Counted from the first letter of the stretch, positions 8,095 to 17,868 are shown. The stretch: DNA of 42,277 nucleotides from Candidatus Falkowbacteria bacterium RIFOXYC2_FULL_47_12 (GCA_001778285.1 MFGL01000020.1:36881-79157), one strand, 5' to 3'. The notes: a model not told the origin generated them from the sequence alone. A program made the numbers and translations.

Positions 8095-9123
8095 TTATCG
8101 CTCCATTACCACCACGCTTTTTAAAACCTCCCCCGACCAACTGGCGGCAAATGCTTGTTCAATTTCAGCCAGAGGATAAATATGTTCAGGTGAAATAAAC
8201 TCCCCCGCGTTAAGCTTGCCCTGTTCAATCAAAGCGATAATATCGTCGTGCACTGAAGCCTCATCGTAGTGTTCGCCACTATAAAAAGAAAAATCACCTT
8301 TCACCAACGAGGTATTGATATGGTAGTCCAAAACATTATCCAGACCGTAAACGCCTAGCTTAACACCGCTTTTTGTTAACGGCAAAACTTTGTTCAGGGA
8401 ACTGCTATCGCCAATGGCGTCAATCACCACATCGGCACTTCCCCATCCCAACGCTTTCATTGCAGCCGGCTGGTTCACTTCCCGGTAAGACACAAAGCTG
8501 TTAGCGCCGCTCCGCCTAAAATGTTCACTGCGTTTGGGACTGCCAATAACCAATGTCTCCACACCCAAGTTGTGGCTATGTTTGACAAATGCCAAAGCGT
8601 TTGCGCCGGAACCAATAATAACAACTTTGTCTGTTGCGGCTACCTGCAGACGCTTTAAAAATGAATGCGTCTCACGCCAGGTGATAATCAGAGTACTTTC
8701 CGCCGGCGAAAAATGCGTTGGTAATACGCGCTGAACGGTATAGCGGCGCCACTCGGTCTCCGGTAAGCCATCGGCGCGCATGGCCTGCCAGTCTGTCGCC
8801 ACGCCTTTTTGCGCAAACCCGCCCCAGTGCAAATGAATGCCTGAATCTTCTGGTAGCTTATTAAAAATGCGGGTGACCAGATCGCCAATGTTTAAATTTT
8901 TTACTTTGGGGCCGCAGGCAGTCACACGGCCAATGGCTTCGTGGCCCAAAATTGTGGGAAACTGTACTTTAAAGTATGGATCGTTATGAAACAGATGCCG
9001 ATCGGTGCCGCTACATACGGAGCAGGCCAAAATATCGCACAGCACGTCATAACCCCCGACGACTGGGTCGGGAACTTCACGGACAACTATTTTTCGTGGT
9101 GTTTCTAAAACGGCGGCTTTCAT
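8095..9123 (-). CDS. Zinc-dependent medium-chain dehydrogenase/reductase (polyol/cyclitol dehydrogenase-like)
   Basis: MKAAVL start, catalytic Zn motifs VCSGTD and LGHEAIG, Rossmann IIGSGANA. No four-Cys structural Zn lobe. ATG 9123 overlaps the upstream TGA. Confidence 0.85.
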   Translation of the reverse strand: MKAAVLETPRKIVVREVPDPVVGGYDVLCDILACSVCSGTDRHLFHNDPYFKVQFPTILGHEAIGRVTACGPKVKNLNIGDLVTRIFNKLPEDSGIHLHWGGFAQKGVATDWQAMRADGLPETEWRRYTVQRVLPTHFSPAESTLIITWRETHSFLKRLQVAATDKVVIIGSGANALAFVKHSHNLGVETLVIGSPKRSEHFRRSGANSFVSYREVNQPAAMKALGWGSADVVIDAIGDSSSLNKVLPLTKSGVKLGVYGLDNVLDYHINTSLVKGDFSFYSGEHYDEASVHDDIIALIEQGKLNAGEFISPEHIYPLAEIEQAFAASWSGEVLKSVVVMER

Positions 9124-10283
9124 GCTTGACAATTTAATAGTAAAGAACTATCACCATCAATAAATTTAACAATCTTTTTTGCGCGTTCCTGCCAGTCGTA
9201 ACCGCGCGCTTGCCCAGACACCGCCTGCGCCAGCGTGCGGGCAAGAACTCGGTTATTTAAAAGCATATTTATTTTCTCCGCCAAATCCGCCGAATTATCC
9301 GGCTCGCATAACAACGCGTTTTCGTTATTTTTTAAATACCCCTGAAAACTCTCTACATTGCTCGCCACAATCGGCACATTGCTGGCCATATACTCAAACA
9401 ATTTTATCGGCGTCGTATACTTGGCCGAACGCTCTTCTCGCGCGGTATTGGGCAAAACCAGCACGTCAGCTGATTTTATAAACTTGATAATTTCAGCATG
9501 CGGGATAAATTCATGAACGCGCACGTTGGTCAGTTTTTTTTCTAAAATGTAACTTTCAACTTTTTGTCTGTCCTGTGGTATGCCGCCGATTAAAATAATC
9601 ATGCCTTTGATAAATTTCGCCGCATCAAGCAATGTGTAGACTCCCTTCCAGGCGTAGAAATGGCCAACATAAAGCACCGCCGGCTCATCCGGTTTGAAGC
9701 CAAATGTATCTGTCCATACATTTTTATCGGCAGAAACATTTGCAAAGGCCTCAATATCCACGCCGTTGGGAGCTACGATATATGAATGTGCGTCTACGCC
9801 TTCCCTCTGATACAGATTTTCCAAAGCCTGCGCCACAATCACTTTTTTTGGAATTGTTTTGATAAACCAACGATACAGCCAACGCCAGCGTTTTTTAGGC
9901 TCATGATCTTCAAAAATGATATTTTTACCAACCAATGAAAGCCAAAAACAAATGGTGATATCGCGTGAATAAATGGCATCAGCCCGACTAAACAATACGT
10001 AAGCAAACGCCAGAAATCCGAAAGTCAGGCGCTGTAGAATAAAGTATGCGTGCTGCCAGTACGTTTCCAACCAGCCACAAACATTGGGAATGTACGTTAT
10101 CTCAAGAGGTACGGCAAGGTTATAATAATTCTCCAGAGAATCGGTAATGGTATTGCGCCGGCGAGGGGCGACCAATGTTATCTCTACCCCCTGTTTTTGC
10201 AACGCCTCAATGGTTTTGATAATTTGCCAGCCGTGAGCTTTTTCAGTAGGCAGGCGCGAATTGGCAAGATACAAGAGGCGCAT
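9120..10283 (-). CDS. Glycosyltransferase family 4
   Basis: MRLLYLANSRLPTEKAHG, APNGVD, YVGHF..WKG and PIKLFEYMAS. Start at ATG 10283. Confidence 0.9.
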   Translation of the reverse strand: MRLLYLANSRLPTEKAHGWQIIKTIEALQKQGVEITLVAPRRRNTITDSLENYYNLAVPLEITYIPNVCGWLETYWQHAYFILQRLTFGFLAFAYVLFSRADAIYSRDITICFWLSLVGKNIIFEDHEPKKRWRWLYRWFIKTIPKKVIVAQALENLYQREGVDAHSYIVAPNGVDIEAFANVSADKNVWTDTFGFKPDEPAVLYVGHFYAWKGVYTLLDAAKFIKGMIILIGGIPQDRQKVESYILEKKLTNVRVHEFIPHAEIIKFIKSADVLVLPNTAREERSAKYTTPIKLFEYMASNVPIVASNVESFQGYLKNNENALLCEPDNSADLAEKINMLLNNRVLARTLAQAVSGQARGYDWQERAKKIVKFIDGDSSLLLNCQA

Positions 10284-10284
10284 A

Positions 10285-10545
10285 CTAAACGGGCCATTTA
10301 TTAATAACATCAACCGCTCGTTTTTTTATTTTCAAGTACATTTTTTCTGATTTTTTCTCAAGTTCAGGGGAAATAAGGCGCAATATTTCCTTACCCATAA
10401 TGCGGTATTGTCCTCCGACTTTATTTGCTTTGAGAATGCCTCTTTTAAGCAACCGTTTTATAGTACTTTCGCTAATTTTAAGCAAATTTTGAGCCTCGGC
10501 AGTCGTATATACAGCATTCTCTTTTATTTCTTCAGACATGTGCAT
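10285..10545 (-). CDS. Xis/BldC-like (MerR-type, HTH_17) small DNA-binding protein
   Basis: YTTAEAQNLLKISESTIKRLLKRGILKANKVGGQYRI matches the excisionase-family winged HTH pattern, plus a short C-terminal helix. Confidence 0.85.
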   Translation of the reverse strand: MHMSEEIKENAVYTTAEAQNLLKISESTIKRLLKRGILKANKVGGQYRIMGKEILRLISPELEKKSEKMYLKIKKRAVDVINKWPV

Positions 10546-10567
10546 AACGCAAATAGATTACATGTAT

Positions 10568-10596
10568 ATTGTACCAAAGGTATCAAAAGGTGTCAA
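10568..10596 (-). promoter_or_regulatory. sigma70-type promoter
   Basis: Minus strand TTGACA (10596-10591), 17-bp spacer, TACAAT (10573-10568) preceded by TGG (extended -10). Confidence 0.8.
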
Positions 10597-10608
10597 AAGG
10601 TGTCAAAA
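10571..10608. repeat. Phased 10-bp direct repeats (about 4 copies) overlapping the promoter
   Basis: gtaccaaagg tatcaaaagg tgtcaaaagg tgtcaaaa. Confidence 0.85.
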
Positions 10609-10613
10609 CAAAA

Positions 10614-11792
10614 TTACCAGGCTATTTCTGCCGGAGTCGTTTGATGGTCAGCTACTTTTTTCGCAAGCTCTTCCTGCATTTCGTTACAATTTTTAAATAT
10701 GCCCTCGGGACACGTTTCTTTCCATACATCCATAAGCATGAGGGCTACTCCGGTTTCGGTTGGGTGTTCACCGTCCAGCATATACACATCTTGTATGCCT
10801 ACAGACTTTAAATCGGAAAAATCAAAATAGTGAATATCATGGCTTGCAAATACCACGGCAACGTTTTGTTTGAATGACTGCAAAAAAGACGCATAGTGAG
10901 AATTACTCATAGCCGCATACACTTCGGTTGAAAACGGTGGGGCAATACCGACAACGGTAATACCGCGCGCCCGGGCGAGGGTTAAAAATTCATCCAAAAT
11001 AGCCGGCCCAGCCTCTGCAAACGAGCTGCCAAACGAAAACGGATCATACCCTTCACGCACCCGCTCAATAATCGGCGGCACTTCCCTGTCCACGTAGGTC
11101 ATATCACGGCGCATCTCTGAAATGTAGCCCGCGTATTGCCGGCTGCCGTCATTGCGGAAACCGTTGCCGTGTTCTATGGCATCAATACCTACCGCCCTTC
11201 CCCCGCCAAAAGGATCAATTCCTTTGATAAGGGTAAAAGCGTATGTGGGATGTTTAATGAGCCGGGACAAAACGTAGCGGCTGGCGTACAAATAGGCCCT
11301 CCAATTGTATACTTCTTCCGGTGCGGATAATGCGTCCGTAAATCCCCGATGCCGTAGATACTGGACATCAAACCACCACGTATCAATGCCGACTATTATA
11401 ACTTCCGGAGCGTATTCTTGAGGCAATGCATTTACAAAATCAACCAAATCCATAAGACTGCTGGCCATGCTGCCCGCATTATAAAAGACGCTGCCCTTGC
11501 CAAACATTTCTTTTCTTAATTCCAAAACGCGTGATGAACCAACCGCCAAAATCTCCGGCCGCTGCCGCATAACGCTTAAGTACTTGTACTTAACCGTCTC
11601 GCGTTCAATGATTTGGCGGGCAAAAACATATTCAGCACCGCCTTCGGCCTGTTTATCAACGACTCGTCTAAGCGGCTGGATTTCCCCCGCGTACACGGCG
11701 AAAAATATGGCCACGCCCGTTAACACGGCTACCGGCACTAAAAATAAAGAAAAAATTTTTACAAACATTTTAATGTCTGTGGAATATTTCAT
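10614..11792 (-). CDS. SGNH-like membrane-anchored acyltransferase partner (AlgJ/PatB/DltD-like)
   Basis: N-terminal TM anchor, LAVGSSR, YNAG and C-terminal DGEH. Lies directly downstream of an MBOAT gene. Confidence 0.7.
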   Translation of the reverse strand: MKYSTDIKMFVKIFSLFLVPVAVLTGVAIFFAVYAGEIQPLRRVVDKQAEGGAEYVFARQIIERETVKYKYLSVMRQRPEILAVGSSRVLELRKEMFGKGSVFYNAGSMASSLMDLVDFVNALPQEYAPEVIIVGIDTWWFDVQYLRHRGFTDALSAPEEVYNWRAYLYASRYVLSRLIKHPTYAFTLIKGIDPFGGGRAVGIDAIEHGNGFRNDGSRQYAGYISEMRRDMTYVDREVPPIIERVREGYDPFSFGSSFAEAGPAILDEFLTLARARGITVVGIAPPFSTEVYAAMSNSHYASFLQSFKQNVAVVFASHDIHYFDFSDLKSVGIQDVYMLDGEHPTETGVALMLMDVWKETCPEGIFKNCNEMQEELAKKVADHQTTPAEIAW

Positions 11793-11803
11793 GCCTTTAT
11801 CGC

Positions 11804-13237
11804 TTAAAATTGAAAATAAATAAACGGGTGATAGCTAAAATTTCCAAAAAATAATATTATGGCTAACAGTATGTAGTATGCCAGCCAACGCCCCCACCGC
11901 GGAATATTTTCAAGGTGCAAAGGGTGCGGCTGGCGACGCTGCCGCCACTCCACGACAAGCAAGCCCGCCACAATGGCCGTCTTTTTGACAAATACCGGTG
12001 AAAAAAAGATAGCCGCATTCGCAAATGATATGTTCTGAAAAATAGTCTGCAAAATATGTAAGGATTCTGTTAAAGATTGAGAGCGAAAAAATACCCAGCC
12101 TACGAGCACTAAAAGAAACGTGAGAATTATATTATGCGCATCGTGCCACTGCGCTTCTTCATGCGTAGCGGCTTTTTTTTCCTGCCTTCTGGCACTCAAA
12201 ATAGTAGGGATAAAACACAAACCGTGCATTGCCCCCCACGCTACGAAAGTCCAGTTTGCTCCGTGCCACAATCCACTGACAACAAAGGTAATAAAAATAT
12301 TTCTAAAATAGAGCCATTTGCTCTGCACGCGGCTCCCGCCCAGCGGAATGAATACATAGTCCCTGAACCAGGACGAGAGCGTGATGTGCCACCGCCGCCA
12401 AAACTCCGGAATGCTGCGGGCAAAATACGGGTAGCGGAAATTTTGACTCAAGCGGATGCCGAATAATTTTGCCGTACCGATGGCGATATCTGAGTAACCG
12501 GAAAAATCGCAATATATTTGAAACGCGAAAAAAAATGTTGCTGCGAAGAGCTGCGGACCGGAAGCAATAGCGGCATTGCCATAAACATATTGAACAATTT
12601 CTGCCAAATTGTCGGCAATAACAATTTTTTTAAAAAGGCCCCACAACATTTGGCGCATCCCATCGTAAGCGTCGGATAACACGAAGGTGCGTGCGCAGCG
12701 AAACTGGACCAGCAAATCGGAAGCCCGTTCGATAGGTCCGGCAACCAGCTGTGGAAAAAAAGAAACAAACGTGAAGAATTCGACAATATTACGCGTGGGC
12801 TGTATTTTACCTTGGTACACTTCTATGGTGTAACTCATCGTCTGGAACGTATAAAAACTGATGCCCACCGGCAGAATAATATACAACGTACCTAGTGAAA
12901 CTTCGGGCACACCAAAAAAAATAAGCGCGTCCTGCAACGAACTTGCAAAAAAATTAAAGTATTTAAACAATCCCAAAATTGACAAATTAATGCCAATGCT
13001 CAACCACAGCCAATGCTTTTTATGTCGTAACTGGCTCGCAGAACTGATTTTTTGGCCAATAATGTAATCAGCCAGACTGGAAATAAAAATGAGTGACAAA
13101 AAACGCCAATCCCACCACCCATAGAAAACGTAACTGCAAAAGAGCAGAAACACATTCTGCCCTTTCTTTGATAATCTCCAGTAGATGAGAAACGTGAGCG
13201 CGAGAAAAATGAGGAAGGTGGGAGAATTGAAGATCAC
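11804..13237 (-). CDS. MBOAT O-acyltransferase (AlgI/PatA-like)
   Basis: LPVGISFYTFQ, FFPQLVAGPIER, DFSGYSDIA, FWRRWHITLSSWFRDY, SGLWHGA and terminal FIYFQF. True start is probably GTG 13237 (VIFNSPTF). Confidence 0.93.
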   Translation of the reverse strand: MIFNSPTFLIFLALTFLIYWRLSKKGQNVFLLFCSYVFYGWWDWRFLSLIFISSLADYIIGQKISSASQLRHKKHWLWLSIGINLSILGLFKYFNFFASSLQDALIFFGVPEVSLGTLYIILPVGISFYTFQTMSYTIEVYQGKIQPTRNIVEFFTFVSFFPQLVAGPIERASDLLVQFRCARTFVLSDAYDGMRQMLWGLFKKIVIADNLAEIVQYVYGNAAIASGPQLFAATFFFAFQIYCDFSGYSDIAIGTAKLFGIRLSQNFRYPYFARSIPEFWRRWHITLSSWFRDYVFIPLGGSRVQSKWLYFRNIFITFVVSGLWHGANWTFVAWGAMHGLCFIPTILSARRQEKKAATHEEAQWHDAHNIILTFLLVLVGWVFFRSQSLTESLHILQTIFQNISFANAAIFFSPVFVKKTAIVAGLLVVEWRQRRQPHPLHLENIPRWGRWLAYYILLAIILFFGNFSYHPFIYFQF

Positions 13238-13248
13238 GACAGTAAAAT

Positions 13249-14355
13249 TTAAAGACGATAAGCGTTGCAGGCCGCGGCAATGTAGTTGGCTTGTTCCAAG
13301 GTCATAGTCGGATATATCGGCAGGCTGATAACGCTGGCATGCAACGCCTCGCTGACGGGGTAAATCTGCGTATCCCAATCAGAAAACGCCTCTTGCTTAT
13401 GCGGCGCAACCGGGTAATGAATAACGGTTTGAATTTCGCGGTCTTGTAAGTATTGCTGAAAATGATCGCGATTTTCGGTGCGAACCACAAACAAATGCCA
13501 CACGTGCGATTCGCGATGCAATGCCGGTTGAGGCAAGACAAGCGCGGCATTGGTAATGTGCTGCAAATAAAACTCCGCCACTGTCCGGCGTTTTTCATTT
13601 TCTCCATCCAAATATTTCAACTTTACGGATAGCACTGCCGCTTGCAAGGCATCCAGGCGGCTGTTAACGCCCTGGTATTGGTTATAATATTTTTTGTGAC
13701 TGCCGTAGTTGCGCAATGCCCGGACTATCTCGGCCAAAGCCGGATCATTGGTAGTTACGGCTCCGCCATCGCCCAGAGCGCCGAGATTTTTACCAGGGTA
13801 AAAGCTAAATCCGCCGGCGTCTCCGAGTGAGCCAGTTCTTTTGTCTTGCAATATTGCCCCATGCGCTTGGGCGCAATCTTCAATGATTTTTAAGCCATGT
13901 GCGTTAGCAATTTTCTGCATTCTCTGTGAATACCCCACCTGCCCGTAGAGATGAACCACCATGATCGCCTTTGTTTTTACAGTGATAATATCCTCCAGTC
14001 TATTCACGTCTATGTTATAGGTGCTGGTGTCCGGTTCAACCAGTACCGGTTTTAAACGATTTTCAGTAATAGCTAAGATGGTAGCGATATACGTGTTGGC
14101 CGGAACTAAAATCTCATCACCCTCATGAAGTATATCCAACTCTTTGTAGGCGCGAATAATTAATGTCAGCGCGTCCAAACCGTTGCCGCTACCTATGGCG
14201 TGCTTAACGCCGCAGTAACGCGTGAACTCGGCTTCAAACTGTTCCACTTCTTTTCCCAGTATATATTGGCCGGAATCAAACACACGCGTTATAGCCGCCA
14301 TAATTTCCTCGCGGTGCGCGGCGTTAATAGCGCGCAAGTCTAAAAAAGGAATCAT
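13249..14355 (-). CDS. DegT/DnrJ/EryC1/StrS sugar aminotransferase (FdtB-like)
   Basis: MIPFLDL start (ATG 14355), [31 protein letters not shown] (PLP Lys) and NSRLD. Confidence 0.93.
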   Translation of the reverse strand: MIPFLDLRAINAAHREEIMAAITRVFDSGQYILGKEVEQFEAEFTRYCGVKHAIGSGNGLDALTLIIRAYKELDILHEGDEILVPANTYIATILAITENRLKPVLVEPDTSTYNIDVNRLEDIITVKTKAIMVVHLYGQVGYSQRMQKIANAHGLKIIEDCAQAHGAILQDKRTGSLGDAGGFSFYPGKNLGALGDGGAVTTNDPALAEIVRALRNYGSHKKYYNQYQGVNSRLDALQAAVLSVKLKYLDGENEKRRTVAEFYLQHITNAALVLPQPALHRESHVWHLFVVRTENRDHFQQYLQDREIQTVIHYPVAPHKQEAFSDWDTQIYPVSEALHASVISLPIYPTMTLEQANYIAAACNAYRL

Positions 14356-14360
14356 ATATT

Positions 14361-15626
14361 CTACATTTCTATCACCTTGCACTCCGGCAAGGGCAAAACA
14401 AATTTGGATTTAATGCCTTTGTCTCGCCAATTTTTCATAATGTAATCAGCGTAATGCCAGGCTAAAATAACTATGTAGTCCGGCTTTTCTTCCAAAATAA
14501 TCTTATTGTCTATAATGGGAATGTGCGTACCGGGCAGGTATTTGCCTACTTTTTCGGAATTAGGCAGCTGTGCGATATAAGGCAGGAGCGTGTGGTCAAG
14601 TCCGTAGTAGTTCACGAGTACCGCGCCGCGTCCCGGACAGGAATCAGCCACAAAGCGTAAGCCTTTCTCTTTGGCTTCGTACGCCAGCTCCATAAAACGG
14701 AGGCGATTACGTGTAACGCGTCCCCGCCATGCGGCCCAGGTTTCGGGCTTGAACAATCCTTTTTGCTCTTCCAATGCGAGTAATTCCCCTACGCGCGCAC
14801 TAACCGGATGTGTACCTTTTCGCGCCGCGTAAGCGCGAATGTTGCCGCCGTATCGCGATGCGCGCTGTACGTCAAACACTTCCAAATTGTAGTACGGGAA
14901 AAGCGTTACCAATGATTTAAAACTGTACGTACGGATGTGTTCGTGATAAATACCTTCAAACTGGTTGTTCTCCAGTACGTCCAAAAGGTACTGGCTTTCG
15001 GTGATAAATATGCCGTCCTTGTCCAAAAGCTGGCAGAGACCGCGCATAACCTCACCTAAGGGAGCCATGTGGGCGAATACGTTCGTCATGGTTGCTACTT
15101 TGGCAGGACCATACTCATGCACGATATTTCGTGCCACCTCTTCGGTAAAAAAACTCTGGATGGTTTCAATATTATTTTCAATTCTCGCGATTTTGGCGAT
15201 GTTTGTCGGCTCTACGCCGAGTGTTCGCATACCTAGATCACGAAAGCCGGTCAAAAGCGTGCCGTCGTTACTGCCGATGTCAACACAGAGTGAACCGGGG
15301 GCTACCCGGAACTGCTGCAAAACGTCGCCGGCAAAAGTGCGCTGGTAGACGCGCAATGGTTCGGAAATGCCGCTGCGGTAAGGATAATCCGCCGGGTAAA
15401 TGGTTGCCCCGTCCACTATGTAGTCCAGCTGTGCCAATCCAGAATCAGGACACATCATGAGACGCAATGGATACGTAACTTCGGGCTGACGGAGCATTTC
15501 TTTGCTCAAAAGCGCGTCGCAGGGCGGCTGATGGCCCAGGTCAATGATTTCAAACAGGTTGGTGGAGCCGGTTATCTGGCAGCGTTCAAGTTTTCCCGGG
15601 GCAACATCGTGTCCAAGTAACTGCAT
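14361..15626 (-). CDS. NDP-sugar C-methyltransferase-like SAM methyltransferase
   Basis: [51 protein letters not shown] and [11 protein letters not shown]. Start at ATG 15626 or TTG 15641. Confidence 0.85.
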   Translation of the reverse strand: MQLLGHDVAPGKLERCQITGSTNLFEIIDLGHQPPCDALLSKEMLRQPEVTYPLRLMMCPDSGLAQLDYIVDGATIYPADYPYRSGISEPLRVYQRTFAGDVLQQFRVAPGSLCVDIGSNDGTLLTGFRDLGMRTLGVEPTNIAKIARIENNIETIQSFFTEEVARNIVHEYGPAKVATMTNVFAHMAPLGEVMRGLCQLLDKDGIFITESQYLLDVLENNQFEGIYHEHIRTYSFKSLVTLFPYYNLEVFDVQRASRYGGNIRAYAARKGTHPVSARVGELLALEEQKGLFKPETWAAWRGRVTRNRLRFMELAYEAKEKGLRFVADSCPGRGAVLVNYYGLDHTLLPYIAQLPNSEKVGKYLPGTHIPIIDNKIILEEKPDYIVILAWHYADYIMKNWRDKGIKSKFVLPLPECKVIEM

Positions 15627-15661
15627 AGTGTAAGGTTGCAAAGTAGATTAACTGATGCACA

Positions 15662-16408
15662 CTAAGTATCTCTAGATTGGCTGTGTTTGTCAAACTTCTT
15701 GCCCCATCCCAGCATTAGTTCCAGCCACAAAAAAATAAGTTGCCAGAGAGTGCCGGCGACGCGGCGAAAGCTGAAAAACTGGGACTTGCCGTAGGTGCGC
15801 TCATAGTGATGCACACCAACTTCAGTGAAACGAAAACCGGCTAGTTGGATTTTTTTCACCATCTCAATAATAACCGTGCCCGTGCTCCTAGTCAGCGCAA
15901 TCTTGTCAAATACCGAACGGCGAATCAGACGAAAATCGCAGTCCGGGTCCCGGATAGGCAACTGAAACGCAAAATTCATGACGCGCTGGTAAAGTTTACC
16001 GATAAGCACACGATGCCACGGATCATGACGTTTTAGTTTATAGCCGTTCACCACGTCAACATCATCGTGCATTTTTTCCCACAGCAACGGCAGCTCTTTC
16101 ACATCATACTGCCCGTCTCCGTCAGTGTAAAATACCAGTTCCTTGTTCGCCGCCTTAAAACCGTCCTGCAACACCGCGCCATAGCCCTGATTCTTTTCAT
16201 GAAATATTAATCTTAAATACGCAGTTTTTTCCTGCAGTTCTCGTAACGCTTCGCGGCTGCCGTCCGTTGAACCGTCGTCAATGACAATCACCTCATAACT
16301 ATCCGTTAGTTTCTCTGCCGTATCTTTGGCTTTAACAACCAACATGGCTATCGTTCCCTTATCATTGTAGCAAGGAAAAAAAATGGAGAGGCTCGGCTGA
16401 TGATTCAT
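15662..16408 (-). CDS. Glycosyltransferase family 2 (DPM1-like polyprenol-phosphate glycosyltransferase)
   Basis: FFPCYND, IDDGSTDGS, NQGYGA, TDGDGQY and DPDCDFRL. Confidence 0.9.
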   Translation of the reverse strand: MNHQPSLSIFFPCYNDKGTIAMLVVKAKDTAEKLTDSYEVIVIDDGSTDGSREALRELQEKTAYLRLIFHEKNQGYGAVLQDGFKAANKELVFYTDGDGQYDVKELPLLWEKMHDDVDVVNGYKLKRHDPWHRVLIGKLYQRVMNFAFQLPIRDPDCDFRLIRRSVFDKIALTRSTGTVIIEMVKKIQLAGFRFTEVGVHHYERTYGKSQFFSFRRVAGTLWQLIFLWLELMLGWGKKFDKHSQSRDT

Positions 16409-16415
16409 AATAGTA

Positions 16416-17030
16416 TTATTTTACCAAAAATACATAATAACCGCTCGTTTGCTTGCTGTTGACCTTATGAAATAGCTTGTCCAGCGCCCCTGCCAGATGT
16501 TTCAATACGGCATACGTGCCCAGCGGATTGATGTGCAGCCAGGTTGCCAGCGCGCCGCGCACATTTTGCATTTCCACGCGGGAAAAATCTTTGCTTAGAT
16601 AACGCAGAGCATCTTCGCTAAACCGCCAGTAGTCTTTATAGTAACCGACTTCAGCGTGGTAGTAAAATAAAAAAGGCACGTACACGAGGCAGTACCCGCC
16701 GGGCTTAAGCACGCGATATAGCTCTTGATAGGCTTGTATTGGGTTTTCAACGTGCTCTAAAATTGCTAGGCATAAAATGGCTTCCTGACTGTTATCGACA
16801 AACGGCAGTGCGTGAATGTCGCCAATAATATCAGGGTAGAAATCCGGCACGGGGTCTAAAATTTTGTAATCAACTTTTTTCACGTACGGCAAAACCCACT
16901 GCCGATTTTTATCATAGCGGTTGCCCCTGTCTTTCAGGACGCGCAAACCGCCGCCGATGTCAACAATACTTTGGCATTCCGTAAAAATTTTGATAATTTT
17001 TTCTTTGAAAAATTGATCCCAAGGGGTCAT
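16416..17030 (-). CDS. Class I SAM methyltransferase (type 11)
   Basis: VDIGGG, GDIHALPF, ILEHV, RVLKPGG and DYWRF. Confidence 0.88.
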   Translation of the reverse strand: MTPWDQFFKEKIIKIFTECQSIVDIGGGLRVLKDRGNRYDKNRQWVLPYVKKVDYKILDPVPDFYPDIIGDIHALPFVDNSQEAILCLAILEHVENPIQAYQELYRVLKPGGYCLVYVPFLFYYHAEVGYYKDYWRFSEDALRYLSKDFSRVEMQNVRGALATWLHINPLGTYAVLKHLAGALDKLFHKVNSKQTSGYYVFLVK

Positions 17031-17049
17031 GCGTTTACATTTTTAACAG

Positions 17050-17868
17050 TTAATGAAAAATCTGCCTAAAACGATAGTAGCTGATGATTACGTGATAACG
17101 TACATACCGCCACACGTGTTGAGGCGGCAAGCTGTAGCGAAAACCGTGTCGACAATATACTTTCAGGGATTTGTACACAACATTGCCTGCCCGCAAAAAA
17201 TTGCGTAACGATGCGGAAACAAGGACCATTTTTGCCGTCCGTGACGCGCCAGGCGCAAACATTTTTTGCCGCGTCAAGAAAAGGTAATAATTGTCTTTTT
17301 TGACAGCTTCGCGGTACGAAGGGATGAAGTAGCTGTAGCAAGGCTGCGTTAGCTTAACTATTTTCACATCGTCAGGCAAATACAACTTCTCATGCACCAT
17401 TTTTGAGCCTTTCCAAGCCGCTCCGCTTTGCATATTATACAGGCGCAAAATATAGGAGGATTCATGAAAACTGTGCTCTATAATCCTATTACCCATGATG
17501 ACTTTTTTGACGACATAGTAGGCGGTCTTTACGTCCGGATTGGCGTTTAAAACACTGCGGACTTCCGCCACAAAACCTGCGGATAGATATTCGTCAGAAT
17601 CAACTAGCAAAAGCCAGTCATGTTTTCGCAAACTGTCCGCCTTCTTTCTCATCTCGGTAAAATCTTTAATGCGCACATTCTTTTCATCGGTATCGTACTG
17701 TTTATAAACCGGCACGTCAAACTCTTGAGCGATAGCTATGGTGTCGTCCGTGCTGTTGCCATCAAGAATATACACGTCATCAAAATCCTTAACGCTTTCC
17801 AGACAGCGGCGCAAGTTTTTGCCCGAATTTAAGGTAAGGATAGAAATGGAACAAGGAATTTTATTCAT
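17050..17868 (-). CDS. Glycosyltransferase family 2 (WaaE/LgtF-like beta-glucosyltransferase)
   Basis: ILTLN, LDGNSTDDT, WLLLVDSDE and VHE. Confidence 0.88.
   Translation of the reverse strand: MNKIPCSISILTLNSGKNLRRCLESVKDFDDVYILDGNSTDDTIAIAQEFDVPVYKQYDTDEKNVRIKDFTEMRKKADSLRKHDWLLLVDSDEYLSAGFVAEVRSVLNANPDVKTAYYVVKKVIMGNRIIEHSFHESSYILRLYNMQSGAAWKGSKMVHEKLYLPDDVKIVKLTQPCYSYFIPSYREAVKKDNYYLFLTRQKMFAPGASRTAKMVLVSASLRNFLRAGNVVYKSLKVYCRHGFRYSLPPQHVWRYVRYHVIISYYRFRQIFH

Noticed and set aside
10285..10545. Prophage or ICE excisionase
   Set aside because: No integrase, att site or phage gene is nearby. The layout fits an operon regulator.
10571..10608. CRISPR array or iterons
   Set aside because: The 10-bp units have no spacers, and there is no cas or rep gene.
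13238..13378. N-terminal extension of the MBOAT ORF
   Set aside because: It overlaps the aminotransferase. The family-typical start is GTG 13237.
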